NCBI RefSeq assembly: GCF_000242455.2
Contig: NC_019892.1
Coordinates: 5,124,744 to 5,156,743 of the forward strand
Length of the DNA stretch: 32,000 bases
Origin: Singulisphaera acidiphila DSM 18658
GTDB lineage: Bacteria; Planctomycetota; Planctomycetia; Isosphaerales; Isosphaeraceae
Direction of reading: 5' to 3'
The position numbers were made by a program, and so were the translations under genes. Position 1 is the first letter of the stretch; each line of letters opens with the position of its first letter. The notes below the pieces were generated by a model. It saw only the letters and a list, made by a program, of their open reading frames with translations. It was not told the DNA's origin and did no database searches. Of the stretch, positions 17,356 through 25,136 are shown one piece after another.

Positions 17356-18935
17356 AGCTCGGTCACCACCTTGGACGCCACCCGCAGCGCGTTGGCCATG
17401 ATTGTCAGCCCGGGCCCGACCCCCAGCGATGTCGGCAGGAAGCTGCCGTCCACCGCGAAGATGTCCGGGTTTGCGAACATCCGGCAGTCCGGGTCCAGGA
17501 CGGCGTGGGTGGGGTCGGTGCCGAACCGCAGGGTCCCGCACTGGTGGGCGACGTGCTCGTGCGACGAATACCGCGGCGCGATGCAGTACACCGCGCCCGA
17601 CTTCCGCAAGATCCGGGCGATGTATCGGGTCATGCGCTTGCGCCGGGCCAGGTCATACCTGCCGTACCGATGCGTGATCTTCCCGCTCCCGTCCGGCCCC
17701 AGGGTCACGCAGTTGGCGGGGTTGGGCAGGTCCTCGATAATCCCCGCCAGCGGCAGCATCCTCTGCCGCACGAACAACCGAACTGCGGCGGGCAGGAACG
17801 GCGACGCCCTGGCCACCATGAGCGGCCCGGGCACCGCCAGCGACTGGATCAGTCCCATCTTGTGCGGATACTCCTTCGTGCCGAAATAGTAGTCCGAGAA
17901 GCCCACCTGCTTGATGAACGACAGGTCGCCGCTCGTCGCCCTGGGGTAGACGCCCGCAACGATCGCGCACAGGTGCAGCATGTAATTCCGCCCGATCAGC
18001 GGATGCGTCATCCCCGACCTCAGCAGCAACAGCGGCGACCCGAACGCCCCCGCCGCCAGCGCGTAGCGGCGGGCACGATACTGACGTCGCTGACCCGTGG
18101 TGCGGTCCAGCACCGTGATCATCGTCGCCCCCGTGCCGCGCTCCCGGGCCAGCCGCTCCACCTCGACCCGCGTCTGGACCTCAAGTGCGAGGCCCTGGTC
18201 CTGGGCAGAGTCGAGCAGTTGGGCCGCCGAGCCGCGCGCCCCGGTGGGGCAGACGAAGCCCGCGCAGAGGGCGCAGCGCAGGCACTTCGACGAATCGATC
18301 GCCATCGGCAGCCGGAAGGGATGCAGGCCGTGCTGGCGGCTGGTGGCGATGAGCCTTTGATTCAGCGAGTGCAGGGGCAGGGGCTCCCCCACGAACCCCC
18401 GGGCCGGCTTCCGCAACGGCCCGAAATCGTCCTCCCCGCAGCCCGTGACGCCGTAGAGCCGCTCGGCCTCAGTATAGTACGGCTCCATGTCCCCGTAGGA
18501 GATCGGCCAGTCCCAGATCGCCCTCGGGATCCTCTTGCCGTAGTACCGCCCCGGCTGGAAGTCCTGCTCGCTCGGTCGGATCAGCGCACCGCCGTACACA
18601 CTCGTTCCCCCGCCCAAGCTGCCGCCCATATACAGGCGCTTCGGCCGGCCGTTGAGCTTGATCACTCTGTCGTCGTACGGCCCCTTGTCGATGAGAACCG
18701 CCTTCTCGTCGAAGCTCGGGTCGCCGGCCGTCTGCCGATCGCCCCGCTCCAGGACCAGGACCGACTTCCCCGCCCGTGCACACGCGTAGGCGAAGGTGGC
18801 ACCTCCCGCGCCGCCCCCGACGACGATGACATCGAAATCGAATAGCAACTCGGGTCTCCCGACGACCCCGGCATGCGGTCGGTCAGATAGCTGGTGGCAA
18901 ATCATCATGCATACCAGCGGCGGGGGCGGACTCAA
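17352..18935 (-). CDS. GMC-family FAD oxidoreductase with Cys-rich (Fe-S-like) insert
   Basis: The N-terminus is FDVIVVGGGAGGATFAYACARAGKSVLVLERG. The GMC C-terminus is HQCGTLRFG...VDGSFLPTSLGVGPGLTIMANALRVA. The ORF track starts at a TTG at 18935, and the first in-frame ATG is at 18908. Confidence 0.85.
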   Translation of the reverse strand: MSPPPPLVCMMICHQLSDRPHAGVVGRPELLFDFDVIVVGGGAGGATFAYACARAGKSVLVLERGDRQTAGDPSFDEKAVLIDKGPYDDRVIKLNGRPKRLYMGGSLGGGTSVYGGALIRPSEQDFQPGRYYGKRIPRAIWDWPISYGDMEPYYTEAERLYGVTGCGEDDFGPLRKPARGFVGEPLPLHSLNQRLIATSRQHGLHPFRLPMAIDSSKCLRCALCAGFVCPTGARGSAAQLLDSAQDQGLALEVQTRVEVERLARERGTGATMITVLDRTTGQRRQYRARRYALAAGAFGSPLLLLRSGMTHPLIGRNYMLHLCAIVAGVYPRATSGDLSFIKQVGFSDYYFGTKEYPHKMGLIQSLAVPGPLMVARASPFLPAAVRLFVRQRMLPLAGIIEDLPNPANCVTLGPDGSGKITHRYGRYDLARRKRMTRYIARILRKSGAVYCIAPRYSSHEHVAHQCGTLRFGTDPTHAVLDPDCRMFANPDIFAVDGSFLPTSLGVGPGLTIMANALRVASKVVTEL

Positions 18936-19022
18936 GTCTATTGTTTGTATTTCATGTAATCTTTAACAGGATCGCTTATTCTTACGGCATTATTCCCGAT
19001 TTCTTCATCGATCCGAAAATGA

Positions 19023-19236
19023 GAAGTCTTCCCTGAGTTGGAAACCACCTTCTTCTGGAAGGTTATCGATATGCAGTTCGCGATCCAAAGAGATCAGGAT
19101 GGCAATGTCGTCGGTCTGGTATTTGGGAGAAGAGACCAGCAGGCAATCGCCAGGAGAATCTCCGGGTAAGTAAGTCCCCCCTTGTTGCGGAGGACGTCCC
19201 CGAGCGTGCCGAACATGTCCAGAGCCCCCGATTGGC
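19023..19236 (+). pseudogene. Duplicated, frame-disrupted fragment of the esterase gene N-terminal (DUF3471-like) domain
   Basis: DNA-level similarity to 23431-23636. By eye there are about 9 substitutions in the first ~150 bp, then indels (214 vs 206 bp) that break the frame. There is no start codon or remainder of the gene. Confidence 0.7.
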
Positions 19237-19384
19237 TAGTGCGCCCGCCATGAAGGCTGACAAGATCACCGTGCCCGCGATTGCAATGGGCCGCCGGCAG
19301 ATGTAAGATTCTTAGCCCGTGCTGTTGTGGCACCGCGTTGAAGTGGATCGAGTTGCCCAATCACCCGCCAGGGGAGACAACATC

Positions 19385-19834
19385 GTGAGCCCCCAACTTG
19401 GCCTGAGAGCCGCCGCGCTCGTCGTCTTTGTCGCGGTGCTTACGATGCTGCGGCAAGCGCAAGGGCAGAAGGACCAGGGCGGCGAAGAGAAGCGATCGCA
19501 ACTGGCCAGGGACTTGGTGGGAACCTGGGTGTGGGCTGGGACGCCCGATAAGCCCGAAGAGCCGCCGAAGTCAGGGGGGCGGCTCAAATTCTTCACGGGG
19601 ACCCATTGGAACATCACGCAGGCCGACCCGCAGACCGGGGTCGTCATCTTCCACCACGGCGGGACCTACTCAATTGATGGGGATGAAACGTCCGAAACAA
19701 TCAAGTACGCGAATGAGAATACCGCTGAACTCATCAAGCAGACAAACAAGTTCAAGATCAAAGTCGAGGGCGACACCTACACTCAGGTTGGCCAGGGAAA
19801 CCCGTACACCGAAGTTTGGAAGCGGTTGAAGTAG
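19385..19834 (+). CDS. Secreted small protein, lipocalin-like/DUF4488-like (tentative)
   Basis: A GTG at 19385 follows GGGGAG. The signal-like N-terminus is LRAAALVVFVAVLTMLRQAQG. The body LVGTWVW...GGRLKFFTGTHW...GGTYSIDGD...KVEGDTYTQ is typical of small beta-barrel proteins. Confidence 0.6.
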   Translation: MSPQLGLRAAALVVFVAVLTMLRQAQGQKDQGGEEKRSQLARDLVGTWVWAGTPDKPEEPPKSGGRLKFFTGTHWNITQADPQTGVVIFHHGGTYSIDGDETSETIKYANENTAELIKQTNKFKIKVEGDTYTQVGQGNPYTEVWKRLK

Positions 19835-20050
19835 GGTCTTGCTCTCGGACCGATGCCGCCATCCGACGTGCCCCATTTCCGTGTCTCCTTGAGTCTCGCG
19901 GCCTCATCCCCGCTTCAAGAAAGGGCCGACAAGCCATCGGCACAGGTCAGGTCGCCCTCGAAGCTTCAAACCCCACGACCATCGCTGAATCGACCAGCCG
20001 TTCGTCAGCGTTCCTCGGGGCGACCGTTCGAGCAAGACCTCCCCCTTTGA

Positions 20051-20305
20051 CGGTCGCCCCTCCAGGGCTGCAAAACATTCGGATTTGAGCTTATCCTAAT
20101 TTCCAGGGGTTTCACCCCTGGCTAGAAACGGTTGCCCCTTCAGGGCTGCAAAACATTCGGATTTGAGCTTATCCTAATTTCCAGGGGTTTCACCCCTGGC
20201 TAGAAACGGTCGCCCCTCCGGGGCTGCAAAACATTCGGATTTGAGCTTGTCCTGATTTCCAGGGGTTTCACCCCTGGCTAGAAACGGTCGCCCCTCCGGG
20301 GCTGC
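20051..20305. repeat. 78-bp tandem repeat, about 3.25 copies
   Basis: The motif CGGTCGCCCCTCCGGGGCTGC starts at 20051, 20129, 20207 and 20285. Each unit also holds a near-identical spacer and the perfect hairpin CCAGGGG-TTTCA-CCCCTGG (20103-20121, 20181-20199, 20259-20277). Confidence 0.9.
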
Positions 20306-20430
20306 AATGAACCCGTCAGCGATCGCCTCAACGGGAAAAATACAGTCAATGTCCGCACGTCATCACACCAATGCACTCGTTTTTCAGCCCCGGAGGGGCG
20401 ACCGTTTCTAGCCAGGGGTGAAACCCCTGG
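20259..20430. repeat. MITE-like palindromic element, copy 1
   Basis: A perfect 46-bp inverted repeat (20259-20304 vs 20385-20430) encloses an ~80-bp core. There is no ORF. Confidence 0.75.
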
Positions 20431-20454
20431 GAAAGGTTCGACATATTAGCGTCC

Positions 20455-20520
20455 GCAGCCCCGGAGGGGCGACCGTTCGAGCAAGACCTTCCCCTTTGAC
20501 GGTCGCCCCTCCAGGGCTGC
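20455..20520. repeat. Long hairpin built from the same 21-bp motif
   Basis: GCAGCCCCGGAGGGGCGACCG (20455-20475), a 24-nt loop, then CGGTCGCCCCTCCAGGGCTGC (20500-20520). A weaker version lies at 20017-20071. Confidence 0.7.
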
Positions 20521-20550
20521 AAAACATTCGGATTTGAGCTTATCCTGCTT

Positions 20551-20729
20551 CCAGGGGTTTCACTTTTGGCTATGAACGGTCGCCCCTCCGGGGCTGCAAT
20601 GAACCCGTCAGCGATCGCCTCAATGAGAAAAATGCAGTCAATGTCCGCACGCCATCACACCAATGCACTCGTTTTTCAGCCCCAGAGGGGCGACCGTTTC
20701 TAGCCAGGGGTGAAACCCTTGTCCTTATC
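20551..20729. repeat. MITE-like palindromic element, copy 2 (more degenerate)
   Basis: It has the same arms and core as copy 1 with scattered substitutions, for example CACTTTTGG for CACCCCTGG and CCCAGAGGGG for CCCGGAGGGG. Confidence 0.7.
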
Positions 20730-20750
20730 AAGAACGTTTGTGCCGCGTCC

Positions 20751-21095
20751 CTACTCCAAGCGAAGGTCCAGCTCAGCCCCCTGAACCATCGCTTGGAGCT
20801 TCATCCATCCCCTCCAGATCGTTTGCCATCCTGGCTCACCGTCCCCCTTCCGTCCCAGGAATCCCCCGAGTTTCGCCAACTCCCAAAAAACTGATACGTT
20901 CCCCATGGCAACGCCTTCGTCGATCACCGAAACGTGCGGAGCACGGCCACATATTTTTGCGGGGCGGCTTCGATCGCCGGCCGTTCCGGTTCCGATCGGG
21001 CGATCCCTTTCAACTGCAAGAGCCGTACCGCCACCACTGACAGCAGGCCCGTCAGCGCCTCCAGCCGATGGCTCACCTTGAGGTCAGAAACCTCC
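20751..21095 (-). pseudogene. IS4-family (Tn5-like) transposase, C-terminal remnant with frameshift
   Basis: The minus-strand frames read RLEALTGLLSVVAVRLLQLKGIARSEPERPAIEAAPQKYVAVLRTFR. After a frame change near 20935 they read FWELAKLGGFLGRKGDGEPGWQTIWRGWMKLQAMVQGA then stop (TAG at 20751-20753). This is a characteristic IS4/Tn5-like C-terminus. Confidence 0.6.
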
Positions 21096-21098
21096 GTT

Positions 21099-21461
21099 TT
21101 AGCAGGTCAATCGCAGATATCGCTTGATGAACGCCATCTTGATCATGCCGCCGAAATTCTTCGCCGTCTTCTCAAATCGCGAGAACACCCGCCGGCACTC
21201 CTTCAGCCAGCCGATCAGGTTCCCCACGAGACTTCGACGGCGGTAGGTTGGCTTGGCGAACTCCACCGGCCGGGCCGATCGGTCCTCGTTCTCCTTCGAC
21301 GGGATCACCGGCACGATCCCCAATCCGATCAGGTATTCGTCGATCTTGGTGGAGAAGCCGCCCCGGGGCCGTCCCAAGGCATTGGTCTTCGGGTTCCTCG
21401 AGATCCCCTTTTTTCCGCCCCCTGCGGCACACCTCGCAGAATGCCACTTTTCCGACGAAGC
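21099..21461 (-). pseudogene. IS5-family transposase remnant with internal deletion
   Basis: The open frame reads ...GGGKKGISRNPKTNALGRPRGGFSTKI joined directly to DEYLIGLGIVPVIPSKEN...RRRSLVGNLIGWLKECRRVFSRFEKTAKNFGGMIKMAFIKRYL. The N-terminal half and a middle block of the usual protein are absent. Confidence 0.6.
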
Positions 21462-21567
21462 TCAGCATTCTTCGCCTGGGAAGCTCTCCGAAATCCAGCC
21501 TGGCGGCCTTCGTTATTTTTCCGGTGTTGTCCTTGAATTCTATTCCTAGGCTGTCTAGGATAACCGT

Positions 21568-21921
21568 ATGGAAGCAATCAACGGGGATAAGCTGAGGGGC
21601 CATCTTGAGGCCCTGATTCTTGCGACGCTGGAACGCGGTGAAGCGCACGGGTTGGAAATCCTTCGGCGAATGGAAGAGGCCGGTAGTGGTCTTCTCCTGC
21701 TCAAGGAAGGGTCACTCTATCCCGCGCTATACCGGCTTGAAGCCGCAGGGCAAGTGAAGGCCGTGTGGGAGAATGAGCCCCATGCAAGGCGTGGTGCTCG
21801 TCGACGCATTTATCACCTCACGGCGAAGGGTCAACAGAAGCTGCGCCAATGTCGCGAAGAATGGAAAACGTTTGTGAATACCCTCGGAGGAATTCTGGGG
21901 GAGCAGGCACTCACGAACTGA
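21568..21921 (+). CDS. PadR-family transcriptional regulator
   Basis: LRGHLEALILATLERGEAHGLEILRRMEE...LKEGSLYPALYRLEAAGQVKAVWE...RRRIYHLTAKG is the canonical PadR winged helix. Confidence 0.9.
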   Translation: MEAINGDKLRGHLEALILATLERGEAHGLEILRRMEEAGSGLLLLKEGSLYPALYRLEAAGQVKAVWENEPHARRGARRRIYHLTAKGQQKLRQCREEWKTFVNTLGGILGEQALTN

Positions 21922-21964
21922 GTCGGATTGCATTGATCGCGAGATCGAATCAGGAGAATCGAGC

Positions 21965-23152
21965 ATGTTTGAGAACCTCACGCCTCGGGCGCGAACTGTC
22001 ATGAAGTTGGCCGACGAGGAAGCGCGGGGATTCGGGCATCAACACGTTGGCACAGAGCACATTCTGTTGGGGTTGATCAACGACGCCAGCAGCATCGGCG
22101 CCAAAATCCTCAAGTCACACGGCATCGACCTCGCGAGGGTTCGCCTGGAGGTAGAGAATCGCGTCGGTCGCGACCCGGTCGCCATTTCCATAGGCGAACT
22201 CTCGTTGACGCCGCGCGCCAAGCAGGTTGTCGAGTATGCCGTCGGCGACGCGTCGAACCTGGATCTCGTTGCCGATGTCGACCATCTGTTCTTCGGCTTG
22301 CTTCATGACCGTGATGGCGTCGCGGCGCTGATCCTTTTAGGCGCAGGACTCCAGCCGGACTTGGTGAGTCGGGAAGTGAGAAGCGTCATGGTGTCGAAAT
22401 ATAAGATCGTCGAGAGCGCTGTCCGCTCGATTCAAGCGAGCATGTCGCGCAAGCGAACAATCCGCGAGGAACTTCTCGCTCATCTGACATTTACTGTCGA
22501 GGAGGAGTTGAGCCGCGAAGACGACTGCGTGACCGCCATGAACGAAGCAGCACGGAGATTCGGAGACCCTGCCGAACTAGGCCGCGAACTTGAAGCCACT
22601 CTTCGGCCCAGCGAGCGAATCGCTTGCTATCTGGAACGCAGGTTCGGGTGGAAGCCGCCCGAATCCGCCGCCCGACTTTCTTTGCGACTGGCGGCTCAAG
22701 CATTTTGTCTCATCGCCATCGTGTGCAGTCTGTTGGTCGCCGGTGTCGCCTCGCTTGATGGATGGCAACCCCACGGGATGAAAACACTCTGGCTTACGTT
22801 CGCGCTATTGGTGGTCGTTCCACCTTGGCAATTCGCCAGCGCTCTTTTGTACTTCAAGTTGCGTGATTCCCTGTTGGGAGCGTGTTGGGCACGGAAGTCG
22901 CCGCCCAGGGCCATCGTGCTCAACTTGCTGATTGCGTTGGTCGCTCTTGGCTCGGTCCTTGGGTTCGGTGCAGTGGCGGCTTGGGATGTGACCGGCGCTG
23001 TCGAATTCCTGTCTGTGGGCTGCGGCATCGCACTCGTGGCGGCCGGAGGGGCGTTCGTACAGGCCTGGTGCTGGGGCAGGACCGAAATCGCCGACGCAAC
23101 TTGGGCCTGTTTGACGATCAAGGGTTTGCAAAGCCCGGGAATCACTCAGTAA
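21965..23152 (+). CDS. Membrane protein: N-terminal Clp_N (Clp R) repeats, PadR-associated HAAS / permease-prefix-like helix, and 4 TM helices
   Basis: FENLTPRARTVMKLADEEARGFGHQHVGTEHILLGLI and LTPRAKQVVEYAV are the two Clp_N repeats. IREELLAHLTFTVEEEL...AMNEAARRFGDPAELGRELEA resembles the sensor module encoded next to PadR genes. Four hydrophobic helices follow. Confidence 0.75.
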   Translation: MFENLTPRARTVMKLADEEARGFGHQHVGTEHILLGLINDASSIGAKILKSHGIDLARVRLEVENRVGRDPVAISIGELSLTPRAKQVVEYAVGDASNLDLVADVDHLFFGLLHDRDGVAALILLGAGLQPDLVSREVRSVMVSKYKIVESAVRSIQASMSRKRTIREELLAHLTFTVEEELSREDDCVTAMNEAARRFGDPAELGRELEATLRPSERIACYLERRFGWKPPESAARLSLRLAAQAFCLIAIVCSLLVAGVASLDGWQPHGMKTLWLTFALLVVVPPWQFASALLYFKLRDSLLGACWARKSPPRAIVLNLLIALVALGSVLGFGAVAAWDVTGAVEFLSVGCGIALVAAGGAFVQAWCWGRTEIADATWACLTIKGLQSPGITQ

Positions 23153-23163
23153 AGGGGCAAGAG

Positions 23164-24855
23164 ATGACTGCAATACGCGTGATGGGTATTCTGTCGCTGT
23201 GCGCCCTGGTAACCGTGGGATCGATCTGCCGGGCCGACCCGCCGCCCCAGCCGGATGCACAACCGTCGAATCGCGCAGCAGCCGTTCATAGCCTACGCAA
23301 AACGGTGATGGTAAACCCCAAGGTTTTAGACGCCTACGTCGGACAGTATGAATTGGCTCCCAAGGTCATCCTCGTCTTGTCTCGCCAGAACCGACATCTC
23401 TTCGCCCAAATCACCGGACAGCCAATTCTGGAAGTCTTCCCTGAGTCGGAAACCACCTTTTTCTGGAAGGTGGTCGATATGCAGTTCGCGATCCAAAGAG
23501 ATCAGGATGGCAGTGTCGTCGGTCTGGCATTTGGGAGAGGAGACCAGAAGGCAATCGCCAAGAGAATCTCCGGGCAAGTCCCCCCTGAGGATGACATTCC
23601 CGAGCGTGCCGAACATATCCAGAGCCCCCGATTGGCGGCTCTCACTAAGGAAACCGAAACGCATGGCAAGCCAGCCCTCGAACGGTTCTGGAACGAAATG
23701 CGGGACAAGACGCCTTTGGTCGAGCCGATTCCTGGTGAGACGCGCGATTCGTTTGTGACATTCCTTTGGCGGGGCAACCAGACGACTCGCAGAGTGTGCG
23801 TGTCCGGTGGCCTGCCGACAGGTGAAAGGGACAAACCGCTGGCGCGTCTGGACGACACGGACGTTTGGTACCGAACGGAACGAATCCCTAATGACTCCCG
23901 ATTCGTGTATGGATTCCAAGTCAATTGGCCGTCCAGGCTTCCCGAAGACCAACCGAGCCTGATGCAGCTCATGCCCCGGCTGCGCGTGAAGCTCGATCCG
24001 CTCAATCCACGCGATGTGACGATTCAGTCGAAACTTCGATCGTTAGTGGAGTTACCAAAGGCGCCCAGACAGCCTTGGGTCGACCGGCTCGAAGATGTAC
24101 CCGTCGGCACATTGCTCGAGACGAAGATTATGAGCAATATTTTGAAGCAGGAGCGTGAATTCACCGTTTACACTCCGGCCCGGTACGACTCCTCTGAGCG
24201 TGGTACGGATAAATATCGACTTCTCATCGTTTTCGATGGCCCGTCTTATCAGAGCAATGATGAGATTCCCGCCCCAGTAATACTCGATAACCTGATCGCC
24301 AAGGCAAAAATACCGCCCACGGTTGCCGTATTCGTGAAACATGCTGACCGCAACAGGGATTTGGCTTGTTCGGAGCCTTTCGCCGACTTCGTCGCCAAGG
24401 AGTTGATTCCGTGGACGCGGAAGAATTACGACGTTAGCCATGAGCCAGGACAAACAATCGTCGGCGGCCTAAGTCAGGGTGGACTGATGGCCGCCTATTG
24501 CGGTCTGCGTCATGCTGATGTCGTCGGCAACGTGCTGTCTCTGTCCGGATCCTATCAATGGTTCCCGGGGGCGCGAGACGAAACAGGCCCGAACGATGGC
24601 GAGCCCGGCTGGCTGACGCGACAGTACGCGGCCACGCCGCACCGTCCGATTCGCTTCTATCTCCAAGCGGGTCGCTTCGAAGACAGCTTCCCTCTTAGCT
24701 TGCTGGCTGAAAACCGCCGATTCCGAGACGTCTTGCAGGCCAAGGGCTATTCCGTTCAGTACTCGGAACTCAACGGCGCACACGATTTCCAAGCCTGGCG
24801 GGGGGCTTTTGCAGAGGGACTGATCGAGCTATCAAAGAGGCATGATGGAAAATAG
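23164..24855 (+). CDS. Secreted esterase (enterochelin-esterase/esterase-D-like alpha/beta hydrolase) with N-terminal DUF3471-like domain
   Basis: The ATG at 23164 is followed by signal peptide MTAIRVMGILSLCALVTVGSICRA. The sequence has a DUF3471-like region YVGQYELAPKVILVLSRQNRHLFAQITGQP...FFWKVVDMQF and a Fes-type N-domain VTFLWRG...DTDVWY. The hydrolase core has GGLSQGG (GxSxG). Confidence 0.85.
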   Translation: MTAIRVMGILSLCALVTVGSICRADPPPQPDAQPSNRAAAVHSLRKTVMVNPKVLDAYVGQYELAPKVILVLSRQNRHLFAQITGQPILEVFPESETTFFWKVVDMQFAIQRDQDGSVVGLAFGRGDQKAIAKRISGQVPPEDDIPERAEHIQSPRLAALTKETETHGKPALERFWNEMRDKTPLVEPIPGETRDSFVTFLWRGNQTTRRVCVSGGLPTGERDKPLARLDDTDVWYRTERIPNDSRFVYGFQVNWPSRLPEDQPSLMQLMPRLRVKLDPLNPRDVTIQSKLRSLVELPKAPRQPWVDRLEDVPVGTLLETKIMSNILKQEREFTVYTPARYDSSERGTDKYRLLIVFDGPSYQSNDEIPAPVILDNLIAKAKIPPTVAVFVKHADRNRDLACSEPFADFVAKELIPWTRKNYDVSHEPGQTIVGGLSQGGLMAAYCGLRHADVVGNVLSLSGSYQWFPGARDETGPNDGEPGWLTRQYAATPHRPIRFYLQAGRFEDSFPLSLLAENRRFRDVLQAKGYSVQYSELNGAHDFQAWRGAFAEGLIELSKRHDGK

Positions 24856-24878
24856 TGCCAGAGAGCCCATGAACATTT

Positions 24879-24920
24879 AAATCCCGTCGCCAGTTGCTTT
24901 CGCAACTGGCGACGGGATTT
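24879..24920 (+). terminator. Intrinsic-terminator-like hairpin after the esterase gene
   Basis: A perfect 19-bp stem AAATCCCGTCGCCAGTTGC / GCAACTGGCGACGGGATTT with loop TTTC lies 24 bp after the stop. The stem ends in TTT. Confidence 0.7.
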
Positions 24921-25136
24921 GGTGTTACGAGTTACTCGGCGCGACAGGATTTGAACTGGGCAGCATCCATCCCTTCGCGGTGCGGTTTCCGCTCCGATCT
25001 CGCGCATTCCGCTTCGGCTGTGGTTTTGCCCGCATCGATCCGACACACCGCGGTCGGTCAGACCGAAGCGCTGCGGCTAGGACTTCGGGAAGGGAGATTT
25101 CGTTGCTTGGTAATACTCTGTTGGAATTTTCATGAT

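Noticed and set aside
17505-18845. 446-aa plus-strand ORF opposite the GMC gene. Similar cases are 5388-6197, 6488-7297, 7463-8212, 8264-9211, 10144-11091 and 10877-11974.
   Set aside because: These are shadow ORFs with skewed R/P/G composition and no motifs. Each overlaps a confidently assigned gene on the other strand or frame.
20051-20305. Possible CRISPR array: regular 78-bp period, repeat-like motif ending in GAAAC
   Set aside because: The spacers between repeats are essentially identical to each other. The period includes two different conserved blocks. No cas genes are nearby.
20259-20430. Retron msr/msd-like or integron attC-like inverted-repeat structure
   Set aside because: No reverse transcriptase or integron integrase gene is in the vicinity. 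No gene cassettes lie between the repeats. The perfect 46-bp arms fit a MITE or palindromic repeat better.
24921-25020. tRNA gene or tRNA 3' fragment on the minus strand (GTTCAAATCCTGTCGCGCCGA resembles a T-loop plus acceptor 3' strand)
   Set aside because: I could not fold a cloverleaf. There is no matching 5' acceptor strand (CGGCGCG) or 5' T-stem (ACAGG), and no CCA. At most it is an att-like relic, which cannot be supported from sequence alone.
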